Origin: Nitrosarchaeum sp.
Lineage (GTDB): Archaea; Thermoproteota; Nitrososphaeria; Nitrososphaerales; Nitrosopumilaceae
Direction of reading: 5' to 3'
Assembly: GCA_965223865.1 (NCBI GenBank)
Contig: OZ245020.1
Span: 1,824,001-1,888,000 of the forward strand
DNA: 64,000 nucleotides
Positions 31,152 to 41,777 of this stretch are shown here, one piece after another. Under the pieces are notes generated by a model. It searched no databases and was not told the DNA's origin. It saw nothing but the letters and a program-made list of their open reading frames with translations. Position 1 is the stretch's first letter; every line of letters starts with the position of its first letter. A program made the position numbers and the translations under genes.

Positions 31152-32027
31152 TTACACGATCTTAAATATCTCATTACATGATTTCTTTACAAGATTTGCT
31201 TGTTGTAATAATAGGTTAGAGTCAGCCTCAACATCAAAGGCGACCTTTAGGATATGAATCAGATCTGGTTGTTTCTCTATAGTGTTTTTGATTTTAACAA
31301 AGTTTTCTTTGTTGATATATCCCAAGAAAAAGTAGCAATCAGACAACATGGAGTTTTTTACAAAAAAGTCATGTTTTTGTTTGATGATTTGAGAATGATT
31401 GTTTTTCTCAACTATATCTGAAAAGCCCATTGTTGATTTCAACATTCTTTCTAAAAGAGTAGGGATAGCACGCTCTATTCCTACCGTTTCATTAATTGTT
31501 GAGATTTTTTTGTTGACAGGATTTTTTTCAAATTTTCTCATCATATCTAACATGTGGGAAGGAGATGACTTTTTCTGATTTAATGCACAAATTGCTTCAG
31601 CCAAATAAAATGAAGCACATTTTTGCCAGCAAGATGCAAAAACATTTGAAGAATTTATCCCACTCTTACATTTTTCACAGCAAAAAAGAGAATCAATCAA
31701 ACAGTTTTTTGCATAGTCATTAAACAGATTCATTCTTTTTTCTTTTATTTTTGATAAGAACATTCTAAGATCCCAGGAATCATCTTGAATTATTTTCATT
31801 TGGTCATATTGAACCAAAATTTTTGATTGATTTTCTTTTAATGAACCATGATGAATATGAATAAGATTATTTTCAAATAAAATAAAGGTGTCAGGTTCTA
31901 ACTTTTCATCAAATATTGTAATATCATAATCACACAAATCAAAATTAATACCAGATGTTCTGCAACCACTCAATCCAACTGGAAAATTTGTAAGACCTTG
32001 TTGCTCAATTAGTTTTTTAAAATCCAC
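31152..32027 (-). CDS. Hypothetical protein, possible nucleotidyltransferase-like N-terminus
   Basis: 291-aa ORF with GLSGC...CDYDITIFD. Confidence 0.7.
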   Translation of the reverse strand: MDFKKLIEQQGLTNFPVGLSGCRTSGINFDLCDYDITIFDEKLEPDTFILFENNLIHIHHGSLKENQSKILVQYDQMKIIQDDSWDLRMFLSKIKEKRMNLFNDYAKNCLIDSLFCCEKCKSGINSSNVFASCWQKCASFYLAEAICALNQKKSSPSHMLDMMRKFEKNPVNKKISTINETVGIERAIPTLLERMLKSTMGFSDIVEKNNHSQIIKQKHDFFVKNSMLSDCYFFLGYINKENFVKIKNTIEKQPDLIHILKVAFDVEADSNLLLQQANLVKKSCNEIFKIV

Positions 32028-32139
32028 AAGGATAATTTGTTTTAAATTTTGTATAAATGAACCAACTTACTAATTTTTACCAATCGATTCAATGTCAAAA
32101 CATTTCCTTTAAATTGAGATTGAAATTGTTTTTCAACAA

Positions 32140-32215
32140 GCTCCTGTGGTGTAGTCCGGCTAAGCATACTGCCCTCTCAAGGCAGTGATCTCGGGTTCAA
32201 ATCCCGACGGGAGCA
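32140..32215 (+). tRNA. tRNA-Glu(CTC)
   Basis: GCTCC...GGAGC acceptor stem, CTGCC-CTCTCAA-GGCAG anticodon arm, GGTTCAAATCC T arm. Confidence 0.96.
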
Positions 32216-32285
32216 TCCTAACACTTGCGCCCATGCCCTGTCAAATTTGGGGCTTAAAAGAAAATCGTATTTGGAGGAATAGGAA

Positions 32286-33484
32286 ATGAATCTCACAGAT
32301 ACGCAAGAAAAATTCCCAGAAGTCAAAAATCAAGGAATACACAACTACTCAAGGCAAGTGGTATGCTACAAAAAAGACTGGAAAAGACAAATCAAGGAGA
32401 TGTAGGAATTGCATTTCTCGAGAAACTTCACTTGAACGGCCTGGAAGACGGACGCATCATAGTTTATGGTGCACGGTTGCAGCTGATCTTAAAGCTGTTC
32501 AACAAAAACAGAGTCAGACTGGCAGATGCTACAAAGTCAGACTGTGAGCGGGTTCTTTTTGCCATATTAAACACAAAGACAAACAAGGGAAGGTATTACA
32601 GCGGAGAAAGCAAGGCAGCATATGCACTTGCTCTGTTGCGCCTTATTCACTATGCAAAGACAGGCGAAATTGGCAACAAGGATGAGGGCTATGTTGAGGA
32701 AGTATCGTGGATTAGGCCAAGCAGATACAGAAACAAAGACGATGATGTATCCATTCTTCCTGAAGATCTTCTAACACCAGAAGAACTCTACTCTATTATC
32801 GGCAAGACAAGAAACGAAAAGGAAAGAGCAATGCTGTGGGTTATGTTTGAAGGAGCGTTCAGGCCCGGTGAGCTGCTAAACCTTCGTGTGGGAGGAATCG
32901 AGTTTAAGAGCAAATACATACTTGTCAGCACAATAGGGAAGACAGGAAAGAAGCGAGTTCCACTGGTATATTCTTTCAAGCCTTTGCTGGAGTGGCTCTC
33001 AAAGCATCCCCAAAGAAACGAGCCAAAGTCATACCTTTGGTATTCAGAGACATCAACACAAAAAAGAACGTCATACAGGTACCTGAGAAAGATACTGAAG
33101 CGATGTGCAACAGATGCACAGATCAAAAAAAGAGTATGGAACTACCTGATAAGGCACACACAGCTTACCATGCTTGCAAAGAAACTATCAGACCAGACAC
33201 TGTGCGTCTTTGGAAACTGGTCCAAGGGATCAAAGATGCCAGCAAGGTATGTTCATTTGTCAGGCAAAGACGTTGAAAATGCATTGCTTGAGCTTCACGG
33301 GATAAAAAATGAAGACGAAAATAAAACCAAAGTAATGTTTAGGGATTGTCCCAGATGTGCAGAGAAGAACACGCCAGATTCGCAGAGATGCTCAAAGTGC
33401 GGATTCATACTAGATGAGCAACTACTTTCAGTTGTAGCAGATTCAGAGCAAGAAATATTGCAAGATATGCATACGACAGTGTAG
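32286..33484 (+). pseudogene. Tyrosine recombinase/integrase with C-terminal Zn ribbon; apparent 5' frameshift and truncated 3' end
   Basis: FRPGEL, GKTG, YLIRH, GNW, RYVHL catalytic residues; CPRC/CSKC. The upstream ATG at 32286 gives ...GIHNYSRQV out of frame with MLQKRLEK (32363). Confidence 0.85.
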
Positions 33485-33965
33485 ATGGCACTGCATGCAA
33501 AGTAAAACATTTGGCGTATTCTATTGGAATTTCTGCTGAGACTGCAGATTCATCAAAGTTTTCCTTAAAGTCATGAATGGTTTGAATTTCTAGTTTGTTT
33601 AGATGTTCTCTGATAATTTTGTAGTGTGGAGGTCTGCTGTTGTCAAGGTATTCGAGTTTTAGCCGTTCTAACATATCTCCTAGCGGCTCATTTGATTCCA
33701 GATGAACCTGCATTACAGGCATAACCATCTGATGTCCTTCCACCGTAACTGTTACTCCTCTTCGCGATAGCGTAATCTTGATTTTGTCTTGTATTACCCT
33801 CAAAATATCAAAGAATTTTCCAAGTTTTTCAGCCTGGTTTGTCTCAGACAGATTGGCAAAGTTGGTTGGAATTATGCTATAGCTGAATTGAAATTGTGGT
33901 TTTGGCTTTGATTTTACCTTAGGATTTTGTTTTTTGAGATTTTGTCCCAATAGATGCAGTTTCAC
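33468..33965 (-). pseudogene. N-terminal fragment of a probable VirB4-like conjugation ATPase
   Basis: YSIIPTNFANLSETNQAEKLGKF resembles VirB4 N-termini; collides tail-to-tail with the integrase; no ATPase domain. Confidence 0.5.
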
Positions 33966-34173
33966 ATCATATTAGAATCAATTATGATAAAAGCGGAGAA
34001 AAAATAAGCAGACAAAAAGAGATTAAGATCATTAGGAGTATTTGTGTTCTGGGGTTGGCACAGTAACACCTCATCATATTTGCAATAGCAATAATATCAA
34101 CAATTGCATTGTCTGCAAAGTCGACTCAACATTATGTCAAGAATGTAGTATTATTATACAATCCATTCATTTC

Positions 34174-34383
34174 TCATTTTTCTTTTGTAATTTCCAAAAC
34201 GCGTCTTTGCTGTTCGTCTAAAATCTTTTCAAATTCTTTTCTTAGAACATTCAGTTTTGATTCCTTGGATGGTTCATCAAGTGTTGAAAACTTTATTGCC
34301 TTTAGCTCTTCTGCAATTGCACCTAGTTTTTCGCTTGTCTCATATATGAGATCATCAATCAGCTTTTGTTTTTCTGGTTCCAA
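34174..34383 (-). CDS. Small coiled-coil hypothetical protein
   Basis: 69-aa ORF. Confidence 0.6.
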   Translation of the reverse strand: MEPEKQKLIDDLIYETSEKLGAIAEELKAIKFSTLDEPSKESKLNVLRKEFEKILDEQQRRVLEITKEK

Positions 34384-34449
34384 GTCAGGTATAGTATGGC
34401 AAAGGTTGTAGTTATCTTTTGAGGATGTGTTATACTATATGATTTCTTT

Positions 34450-34890
34450 TTATTTTTCTAGTGTTCTTATTGTCTTTTTGTTGTGATGCCACGCAGTAAA
34501 ATGTAGGACAGCAATAATTGCAGCAATCAAGCTACTTGCCTGAACATCTATAGCTAAGTCATTCTTGTCAAACAAAAATGGCATAAACAAGACAAATGAA
34601 CTCTCTATTGACATTTGAATAGATACGGCAGCTACAGCATGAAATTTTGCATAAAGACTTTGAAACACAATATTTGACTCGTATTGCTTTATGAGATGTC
34701 TGTTTTGCAGTGTTATTCCCATGTCAAAAACAAAGGAGAGCACCCAAACTGCATACAGTAATGCCACAACCAACAGAGGAACGTCAAAATCAAACCAATA
34801 GTAAAAAAATAGAGGAGATGACAGAGCAGAAAGAAGCAGAATCAAGAACATGATTCTTTTGTGGAATCTCTTCTTGATACTAGGATTCAT
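34450..34890 (-). CDS. Membrane protein
   Basis: About four hydrophobic segments. Confidence 0.7.
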   Translation of the reverse strand: MNPSIKKRFHKRIMFLILLLSALSSPLFFYYWFDFDVPLLVVALLYAVWVLSFVFDMGITLQNRHLIKQYESNIVFQSLYAKFHAVAAVSIQMSIESSFVLFMPFLFDKNDLAIDVQASSLIAAIIAVLHFTAWHHNKKTIRTLEK

Positions 34891-34902
34891 TTCTACTGCT
34901 GC

Positions 34903-35256
34903 CTATTGTTTTCTGCTGGCAATCTCAATTGGTTCAATTCTGTATTGCACCGACTTTACAGCACCATATGCGATAAGGCCTACAGCGACTGCAATCAGAA
35001 TAAAGTTGTATCCGTCTGCAAAGATGTCCTTTACAGTATCAGTAAGTATGGCCGAACCATCACCGCAATGCTTTGCAGTTGTGCCTGACAATAGTCCAGT
35101 ATCCTTGATACAAAGGGATGCAACGTCTACACCAAGCACGTCAGGCACAACAGTAACCAGAATTATGATTCCTATCAGTGCAACTACGATCTTGATGAGA
35201 AATCCACCAATGGATTCTCCTTCCTTGAGATCACCACTTCTACTTTTCAGCATCAA
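34903..35256 (-). CDS. Two-TM pilin-like protein (VirB2-like?)
   Basis: Short leader, two hydrophobic helices flanking a two-Cys loop; conjugation gene context. Confidence 0.5.
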   Translation of the reverse strand: MMLKSRSGDLKEGESIGGFLIKIVVALIGIIILVTVVPDVLGVDVASLCIKDTGLLSGTTAKHCGDGSAILTDTVKDIFADGYNFILIAVAVGLIAYGAVKSVQYRIEPIEIASRKQ

Positions 35257-35393
35257 TGTATAATGTGTAATTTGATAAAAGCCAGGAAAAAGTTCAAGTA
35301 ATTTGCTGCATAAATTACAGTCAACAATTTAGCAATATGATCAATTAATTTTCATAAGCCCTGTTGAAATGAAATTGTCTTTTGTAGATTTCA

Positions 35394-35531
35394 ATGGCAG
35401 CTGCCTCAAAAAAGAAAACAGCAACAACCACTGCAAAAAAATCTACAAGAAAAGCAACAACTGCAAAAAGAAAAACTGCAACAAAGAAAGCAACTACAAA
35501 ATCAATCACAACTAAAAAGACAAGAAAATAA
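35394..35531 (+). CDS. Histone-H1-tail-like basic microprotein (45 aa)
   Basis: Manual translation MAAASKKKTATTTAKKSTRKATTAKRKTATKKATTKSITTKKTRK. Confidence 0.65.
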   Translation: MAAASKKKTATTTAKKSTRKATTAKRKTATKKATTKSITTKKTRK

Positions 35532-35552
35532 GAATAATAGCAGTAGATTAAA

Positions 35553-35849
35553 CTAAACCAACTTTTCTTTTTTCTTTTTGCTTAGTTCAATTCCAACCTG
35601 AATTAATGTTTGATAATTTTCATCATGAAGTTCATTTAGTTTTTGTAATTCCTTGTGATATTTTTTGTTTGTTTGCAAGTCTTTGTCAGAGAGTTTGGGC
35701 AAGTAAACATCACCGAATATCTTATGTGAATTTTTATTCACTCTTTCCTTTTGTTCTTTTATTTTTCTAATCTTTTCTGTTTGTTTTTCAAATATTTGCT
35801 CTAGTTCATTTATAGAATAATTAGCATAGTTGTTCTTCAATTCCTTCAT
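35553..35849 (-). CDS. Hypothetical coiled-coil protein
   Basis: 98-aa ORF overlapping the upstream gene. Confidence 0.6.
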   Translation of the reverse strand: MKELKNNYANYSINELEQIFEKQTEKIRKIKEQKERVNKNSHKIFGDVYLPKLSDKDLQTNKKYHKELQKLNELHDENYQTLIQVGIELSKKKKEKLV

Positions 35850-36525
35850 CTACAATTATAGAAACATTACAATTTGAACATTTATCCAATGGAACTATCA
35901 TTATGTCTTTATCATTTACTGTAACAAAGTCTCTGCTAATTTCTTTACCGTCTGATAATATGCTGATCTGATTTTGCAGTAAGTCAACATCATAGATTTT
36001 CTCTAGTGGAGTAATTTTTAGTCTGTTGTTTGTTACTTCAATCTTTATGGGATTACTTTTCTCGTTTTGCCTCATCGATTTACCTTGGTTAATTTTTGCA
36101 AACAAACTTGTAATGAGATCAGTTATTGGCTTGCTGAAAAATTTCTTTTGAGGTTTTGCAATTACTATTTTTTTAGATGCTTGCCTCTTTGTTTGTTTCT
36201 TATTGACTGCAGTCTTTTTCATTTTCAGGTTTTCAGGCTTGTCTCTGCTTAGTGATGTTCCTCTTATCAGAAACATTAGATTTGCTTTTATCATCTGGTC
36301 AGGAGTCATTATCTTGGTGTTGACTAGCCCCAGTCCCAAAAACATGGTCAAAATCACGCCTGGAGCAATGAAATCCTTGGTAACAAAGTAGGCAACCATT
36401 GCGGCAAGCATTCCTGCAAGTATCATACCAAGCTGTCTAAACGACACTTTTCCAATTGGAAGTGGTAGCGCCTTCTCATGCATTATAGAATCATTTTCAA
36501 ATATTACTAGTTCAACATGTCTCAA
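35821..36525 (-). CDS. PrgI/VirB3-like membrane protein
   Basis: EKALPLPIGKVSFRQLGMI followed by two TM helices, the PrgI pattern. Confidence 0.6.
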   Translation of the reverse strand: MRHVELVIFENDSIMHEKALPLPIGKVSFRQLGMILAGMLAAMVAYFVTKDFIAPGVILTMFLGLGLVNTKIMTPDQMIKANLMFLIRGTSLSRDKPENLKMKKTAVNKKQTKRQASKKIVIAKPQKKFFSKPITDLITSLFAKINQGKSMRQNEKSNPIKIEVTNNRLKITPLEKIYDVDLLQNQISILSDGKEISRDFVTVNDKDIMIVPLDKCSNCNVSIIVDEGIEEQLC

Positions 36526-37961
36526 TATTCTGTATCCTCCAAAGAATTGTTGGGATTAGCTTTGTTAATTTTGATTGTAACCTTGTTTTTGAAATGAATT
36601 GTCTTGCTAAATGACTTTCTTTGTTGTTTTTGCAAATAATGATTTTTTATCACGTGTATTAATGAAATCTTTTTGAACTTGATGTATGTGAATAATCCAG
36701 CAACAATTATCAAGATAAAAATTCCAAATAGTGAGAAATTAAAAATCTCATTTTCCTTACTCGTGGTAGCATCAACGAGATTTGTAACAGTATCTAATTT
36801 ATCTACACCATCATCAAAATTATTATCAATAATGCCTTCTATCATGTCATCATTTGACATGACAGTGTCTTGTGCATTGACATTGTTATCTGTTACAGAC
36901 CCTTTTTGATTAGAAATATCATCTGTTGTATCCTTGAAATTAGAAATTACATCATTAGTATTATCACTAAGGTTTGAGTCAGCTGTAAAATCACTGACTG
37001 CCAAATCAGTGTCTAGAAGATTGTTTTCGTCAGCATTATTCTCAACAATATCTACTGTTGACATGGCGTTGTCTTTTTCTATATTGTCTGGTTCATCTTG
37101 TGATACGTATGAAAGCAATTCAAATTCAAACACTTTGAATGGTTTTGTTACATGAACTGGACTATACTTTACACCAGATAATGGAAAAGGAATGTCGGGA
37201 GTTACCAAATATGATGTTGTAACATCATCATGCGTATTGGTAATGTCTACATCATATCCTATCTTGTAAACATTAGAAAATATTTTTTCAGTAGATGTTA
37301 TTGAATTATCATTATAATCTACCATATTCAGTGTTGCAGAGTATTCCAAACTGTCATCAAATACTTTCATGTGGGGGTTTGAATCAAAATCCAAGGATTC
37401 AGTAACTGTTCCCCATATCGAGCCTGCTTTGAGCAGTTTAGGCGCCTCTGCATACTTGAAAATTGAGAATATTGTGTTCTCTATGGATTGAGCATATTGT
37501 ATGGTGTCTGGATGAATTGCACTAGCTGACTTTACGTCAAAATTCTCAGGGTTTATGTGAAATATTGAACGCTTAATTGAATTGTCTGAGATGTTACTAA
37601 TTGAGACATTTGCCACCCAAATGTGGTTATCAATCTGATCACCAGTATCAGAAGACAGAAAATTGACAAAATCTAATTTTATTACATAGCATAGACTAGA
37701 ATTGTGGTCCAGGTTTTTGGTAAAGTAATGATAATTTTCAGAGGAATAATCAGGAATGTGATGAGGATCACAAATTTTGTATGTGTAAGAATCACCGACA
37801 GACAAATTCTTTCCCAGATGCCACATTCCATCTTGATATAGAACAGCAATCTGTTTGTTATAGTTAATTGAGTACGCTTGTGGAATTATGACATTGTATG
37901 AAATACCAAATATTGTGATAATTACAATAGACAGCGATAGATAAATCCTGAATTTTTTCAC
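36522..37961 (-). CDS. Membrane-anchored surface protein, module copy A
   Basis: Signal peptide, WHLGKNLSVGDSYTYKICDP domain, acidic stalk, C-terminal TM; paralog at 62666. Confidence 0.85.
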   Translation of the reverse strand: MKKFRIYLSLSIVIITIFGISYNVIIPQAYSINYNKQIAVLYQDGMWHLGKNLSVGDSYTYKICDPHHIPDYSSENYHYFTKNLDHNSSLCYVIKLDFVNFLSSDTGDQIDNHIWVANVSISNISDNSIKRSIFHINPENFDVKSASAIHPDTIQYAQSIENTIFSIFKYAEAPKLLKAGSIWGTVTESLDFDSNPHMKVFDDSLEYSATLNMVDYNDNSITSTEKIFSNVYKIGYDVDITNTHDDVTTSYLVTPDIPFPLSGVKYSPVHVTKPFKVFEFELLSYVSQDEPDNIEKDNAMSTVDIVENNADENNLLDTDLAVSDFTADSNLSDNTNDVISNFKDTTDDISNQKGSVTDNNVNAQDTVMSNDDMIEGIIDNNFDDGVDKLDTVTNLVDATTSKENEIFNFSLFGIFILIIVAGLFTYIKFKKISLIHVIKNHYLQKQQRKSFSKTIHFKNKVTIKINKANPNNSLEDTEY

Positions 37962-38014
37962 AAAAAAATTATCTGGATTTCTTTAAAAGTAAAAAAAAGA
38001 AAAAGTGGAAATTA

Positions 38015-38143
38015 TTAGTTAAGAATTGAGGTCTCTATCTTTTGTATTGGATGATTGAATATGTCGTGATGGGTGGCAGCTATCTGTTCTTTGTTAAAAG
38101 TAAGGGCACATCTGTAGCATCTCCAAGAGGTAGCAGTCTGCAT
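38015..38143 (-). CDS. C2H2-type Zn-finger microprotein, module copy A
   Basis: MQTATSWRCYRCALTFNKEQIAATHHDIFNHPIQKIETSILN; conserved paralog at 60303. Confidence 0.85.
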   Translation of the reverse strand: MQTATSWRCYRCALTFNKEQIAATHHDIFNHPIQKIETSILN

Positions 38144-38635
38144 CGATTTGGTATCGAGTTTCACAATATAACATTGACGTATGATTTATCGTTGATTTAA
38201 GGACAATACGTAGTCTCTATAGATTTTGATTGGAAATTATTCGTTATCGTCAATGAAAATCCAAGATAATCCTTGTACTTCTTCCCAGGATGACGAGTTT
38301 GATTGGTTCATGGTACCTTTTTGCAAAATTTGTATAAAAGATTCAAGAATGATTCATTCATATCGATAAACAGCATTATCTAAATAGTATTGTCACGTTA
38401 TTAGATGTACCAAGATGTGGAGCTGTCATCAAAATTCCTGATCGGTTTTGGTCTTAAGCTCCAGTAATCATTGTAAAATCGAGTCATTTTTCGTTTTTTA
38501 ATTCTGTTTGGCAATCATCATCGAACCTCTACAGTTACTTTTGCTGAAATTTTCACGAATACAGAATGTAATTCACACGCCTAAAAATACCACTATTGAA
38601 TCAATCCTATGTTTGGTGCGATGTGTCACCAGTCA

Positions 38636-38791
38636 TCATGCAGGCCAGTCATCTCGACCGACTGCATATGATTTTCTGACATTTTTGATAATTTCTGCCA
38701 ACCTATTGTTAATCTCGTTATGATCGTGGTCGTCCATCTCTAGAATTTCCCTAAACTCCTGGATTAGCTCTTCCTTGTTTTCTTGAATCAT
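38636..38791 (-). CDS. Small helical protein, module copy A
   Basis: MIQENKEELIQEFREILEMDDHDHNEINNRLAEIIKNVRKSYAVGRDDWPA; paralog at 59498. Confidence 0.8.
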   Translation of the reverse strand: MIQENKEELIQEFREILEMDDHDHNEINNRLAEIIKNVRKSYAVGRDDWPA

Positions 38792-38864
38792 CAAGTCCTA
38801 CAAACTATAATTTGAGTTATTGATAAGCGTTTAGTGTTTTCTTTTATTTTAACAGATGTCAATA

Positions 38865-41462
38865 TTATTGATCCCGATATTTTCTATAAACAATAAATCC
38901 AATCAATAAAATCAGCGAAAGCCCCAACAAGACTGCAATCCATTGCGCAAAAACTCCTTGAAACAACAGGCTTTCAGCTTTTCTTTGTGGTGGACTAATC
39001 TTAACATCATCAAGTTCAGGCAATGTAGTTTTTGCAATGCCACCCCAAATGTTCTCGGCAGAAATGTTCAACTCATCATCAAGATAATCTGAAGGCACTG
39101 GCATGAAGCATATGTTATCATCATCATTTGATTTTGTTTTAAAACATTCTGAAAGAGTCGAACCAGAAAATATTTTATCGTTGATCTTTAATGATTCAAT
39201 TTCTCCAAAATTAGGATCAAAAGCATACAGTAACACTCTAGGATTTGCAGGATCCCTTTTCATGTCAAGTGCGTTATCATCATCCATGTTTACCAGATAT
39301 TCATATTTAACAGAAAAGTCATGCCAAGTATTATCAAAGACATGAGTAATCTCGTTGGTTCCATCACTTGCGGTAATTGAAACATAAAATGGCGACAGTG
39401 CATGCAAACCAGTTGTTAATGGTATTGAAAGTCTTGCATTTTCAGAGTCTAACAAATATTTTTCAGAAATGTCAATGACATCGTTATCTGAGAATGATTG
39501 CGAAGATATTACATCATACTGCGTAAATAATGACGCAATCCTTCTTGTTTTATCCAAAGTTATAGAACCAAATCCAGAAACGTGATTCTCATCCATGGGA
39601 TAAATGTCATCATCATTGACCACAACAATTGGATTACCATCAATATCAAGACCAGTAATTATCTGTGAGAACCCGTCATCGCCAGTATCGTAGAATATCT
39701 TGTCATACATGTACTGGTCCAGATGTTCCGTGCCTGAAATGTCAAACCTAGGCGCAACATTCAAGTATAATTCAACAGAATTGTCCTGGTTGCCATCTGA
39801 ATCAACTGCCTTGACTCTTAGAGTATTGTGAAAAAATGCTTCAGGATACATGTATTCGGTAAATGCCAAGTGTGTCACGTCATGTCCTGCAAAGTGACTG
39901 GACTGTAATGTATCAAACACCGTAGCATTTTCAAATCTTGGAATCTTTTTTGCATCATCATATACAACATCTAAAATTCCAGGATAGTCAAAGAAAATTT
40001 TACCGTATCCAGACTTTACAAAGTTTGAAGTTGTGTGTCGTTCAACTTGAAAAGGTATTTCATCAGGAAACTCGGTTGCAATTAGCTTGTCAGAAATCTC
40101 ATCGCTCTTTTTGATGTTAGTCTGATTGATTATGATTCCAACATCGTGAGCTTCATCCCATGTTAGATCAATGTCATCAGAATACTCAGTGCTAGCTACC
40201 GTACCATCCAGTAGTTCAAACTTCCACGGGTCAGCACCCCATGTAGAATAAAAATAATCATTTGCCTTGCTTCGTCTGTCTTCATGAATTCCAATCACAT
40301 CATCAGGGTTTGCATCTGTGCTTTCAGAGCCAAAATAATGCAATGCGATTCCCATCCTGTCATCAAAGGCAAGTCTTTGGTCGTCTCGCAAAACTGGATA
40401 AACATATGCATCATAGATTGGCTCATACTCTACAACTAGAGCCGAAGTCGAGTTGTCATTCTGATCAATCTGCGGTACGATGTTGAACAGTTTTGTGTTG
40501 TATGATATTGTGTGGTTTCCAATTAGATCAAGTGATGTTGAATTATACACCGTGTTTCCACCACCATAATCAAATGTTCCAGCCCATGGCTCAAATCCAG
40601 AAATGATCATTGTGTTAGTGCAGCTTGCAAGCTCGCACTGAAACTCGTCTTCCAAGGTCAAAGGGGAATAGTCTTTTGTTATCTCAACAAAGATTGTTCC
40701 AACCCTGTCGTTTTTCCACTTGTAGATTGGGTTGTGAATGACATTGATTGCATCCCAGACATAGTATGACTTGTCAAGATTTCTTGAAATGTATCCATCG
40801 TCTTCTGTGAATTCAAATGAATCTTTTTCCATGGCGACCTCAAGGTATGGCAAAATCACAGATGGAAAGTAACTGGCCAAAGCACTAACAGTGGGCCATC
40901 CGCAATGCCATGTACTGCCTGACTTGTGACACACATACTGCTCAGCTGATGCCCTCTTAGAGATTGACACAGGTTCAGATTCCCCAATTACAGGAGATAT
41001 GATGGCAGTTCCAGCATCTGATGCAGAACCATATGTGCCACCTGTTGGATCATCCTCAGAATCATGACCATGAATAACACAATCAGGGCCGTGCGAGACT
41101 CCAATCAGATTTGCAGTGGATTGCAATGGACAAGGTTGAAAATGTCTGCATCCTTCAGTCCATGTGTTAATTTCATACACAAACGCATCTCCAGGATAAA
41201 ACGTCTTGTCAGGATTGTTTCTGTGGTAGATACCATGGTGTGCAGATTTGATTGTTATTTGCACATGGACAAAGCATCGCTCCTTGTACAACGTGTCAGT
41301 GGATACAGCATCACTCCCAGACACAGAATGAAACTCGGCAATTACTATTTCATCAGCATATGCGATGAATGTTTTGCTGTCATTATCATTATACATAATG
41401 GTCACATTCCCAAAGATTAGCAAAATAATCAGAAATACTCGTGGTTCCACAAAATTTAACAC
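38865..41462 (-). CDS. Large Cys-containing membrane-anchored surface protein, module copy A
   Basis: Signal peptide, Cys-rich N-terminus, C-terminal TM plus basic tail; paralog at 56890. Confidence 0.88.
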   Translation of the reverse strand: MLNFVEPRVFLIILLIFGNVTIMYNDNDSKTFIAYADEIVIAEFHSVSGSDAVSTDTLYKERCFVHVQITIKSAHHGIYHRNNPDKTFYPGDAFVYEINTWTEGCRHFQPCPLQSTANLIGVSHGPDCVIHGHDSEDDPTGGTYGSASDAGTAIISPVIGESEPVSISKRASAEQYVCHKSGSTWHCGWPTVSALASYFPSVILPYLEVAMEKDSFEFTEDDGYISRNLDKSYYVWDAINVIHNPIYKWKNDRVGTIFVEITKDYSPLTLEDEFQCELASCTNTMIISGFEPWAGTFDYGGGNTVYNSTSLDLIGNHTISYNTKLFNIVPQIDQNDNSTSALVVEYEPIYDAYVYPVLRDDQRLAFDDRMGIALHYFGSESTDANPDDVIGIHEDRRSKANDYFYSTWGADPWKFELLDGTVASTEYSDDIDLTWDEAHDVGIIINQTNIKKSDEISDKLIATEFPDEIPFQVERHTTSNFVKSGYGKIFFDYPGILDVVYDDAKKIPRFENATVFDTLQSSHFAGHDVTHLAFTEYMYPEAFFHNTLRVKAVDSDGNQDNSVELYLNVAPRFDISGTEHLDQYMYDKIFYDTGDDGFSQIITGLDIDGNPIVVVNDDDIYPMDENHVSGFGSITLDKTRRIASLFTQYDVISSQSFSDNDVIDISEKYLLDSENARLSIPLTTGLHALSPFYVSITASDGTNEITHVFDNTWHDFSVKYEYLVNMDDDNALDMKRDPANPRVLLYAFDPNFGEIESLKINDKIFSGSTLSECFKTKSNDDDNICFMPVPSDYLDDELNISAENIWGGIAKTTLPELDDVKISPPQRKAESLLFQGVFAQWIAVLLGLSLILLIGFIVYRKYRDQ

Positions 41463-41606
41463 ATTATTTTTTAAAAAGCAAAAACAATCGGCATCACATT
41501 GACTGCAATGAAATGTTGAATGGATGTTTGCTTTTTGTTTTATTCATTTAACATTTTCTATGCATTGTGGAATCAGATCTTATAAATCTCAAAATCAATC
41601 AATGTC

Positions 41607-41777
41607 ATGAATCAAAATCTTTCTTTTAGAAGGGAAAAACTCTACTGTAAGTACTGCAAAGGGACACCCACTATTGACATTCCAGATAATGTAGATCTCA
41701 CATCTCCATCAAGTGTCGAGTTTGTAGAAAATGTGAGATGTACCATCTGCAAGAATATTGGTTATGTAAGACGGTAA
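41607..41777 (+). CDS. C4 Zn-ribbon microprotein
   Basis: MNQNLSFRREKLYCKYCKGTP...VRCTICKNIGYVRR. Confidence 0.7.
   Translation: MNQNLSFRREKLYCKYCKGTPTIDIPDNVDLTSPSSVEFVENVRCTICKNIGYVRR

Noticed and set aside
32190-32215. attR copy of the tRNA 3' end
   Set aside because: No second copy seen in the window; GGGTTCAAAA at 56781 and GTTCAAATCC at 43342 are short chance matches.
34903-35256. Spindle-shaped virus major capsid protein / provirus
   Set aside because: The two-TM layout fits, but no viral replication or other structural genes are visible and the context is conjugative.
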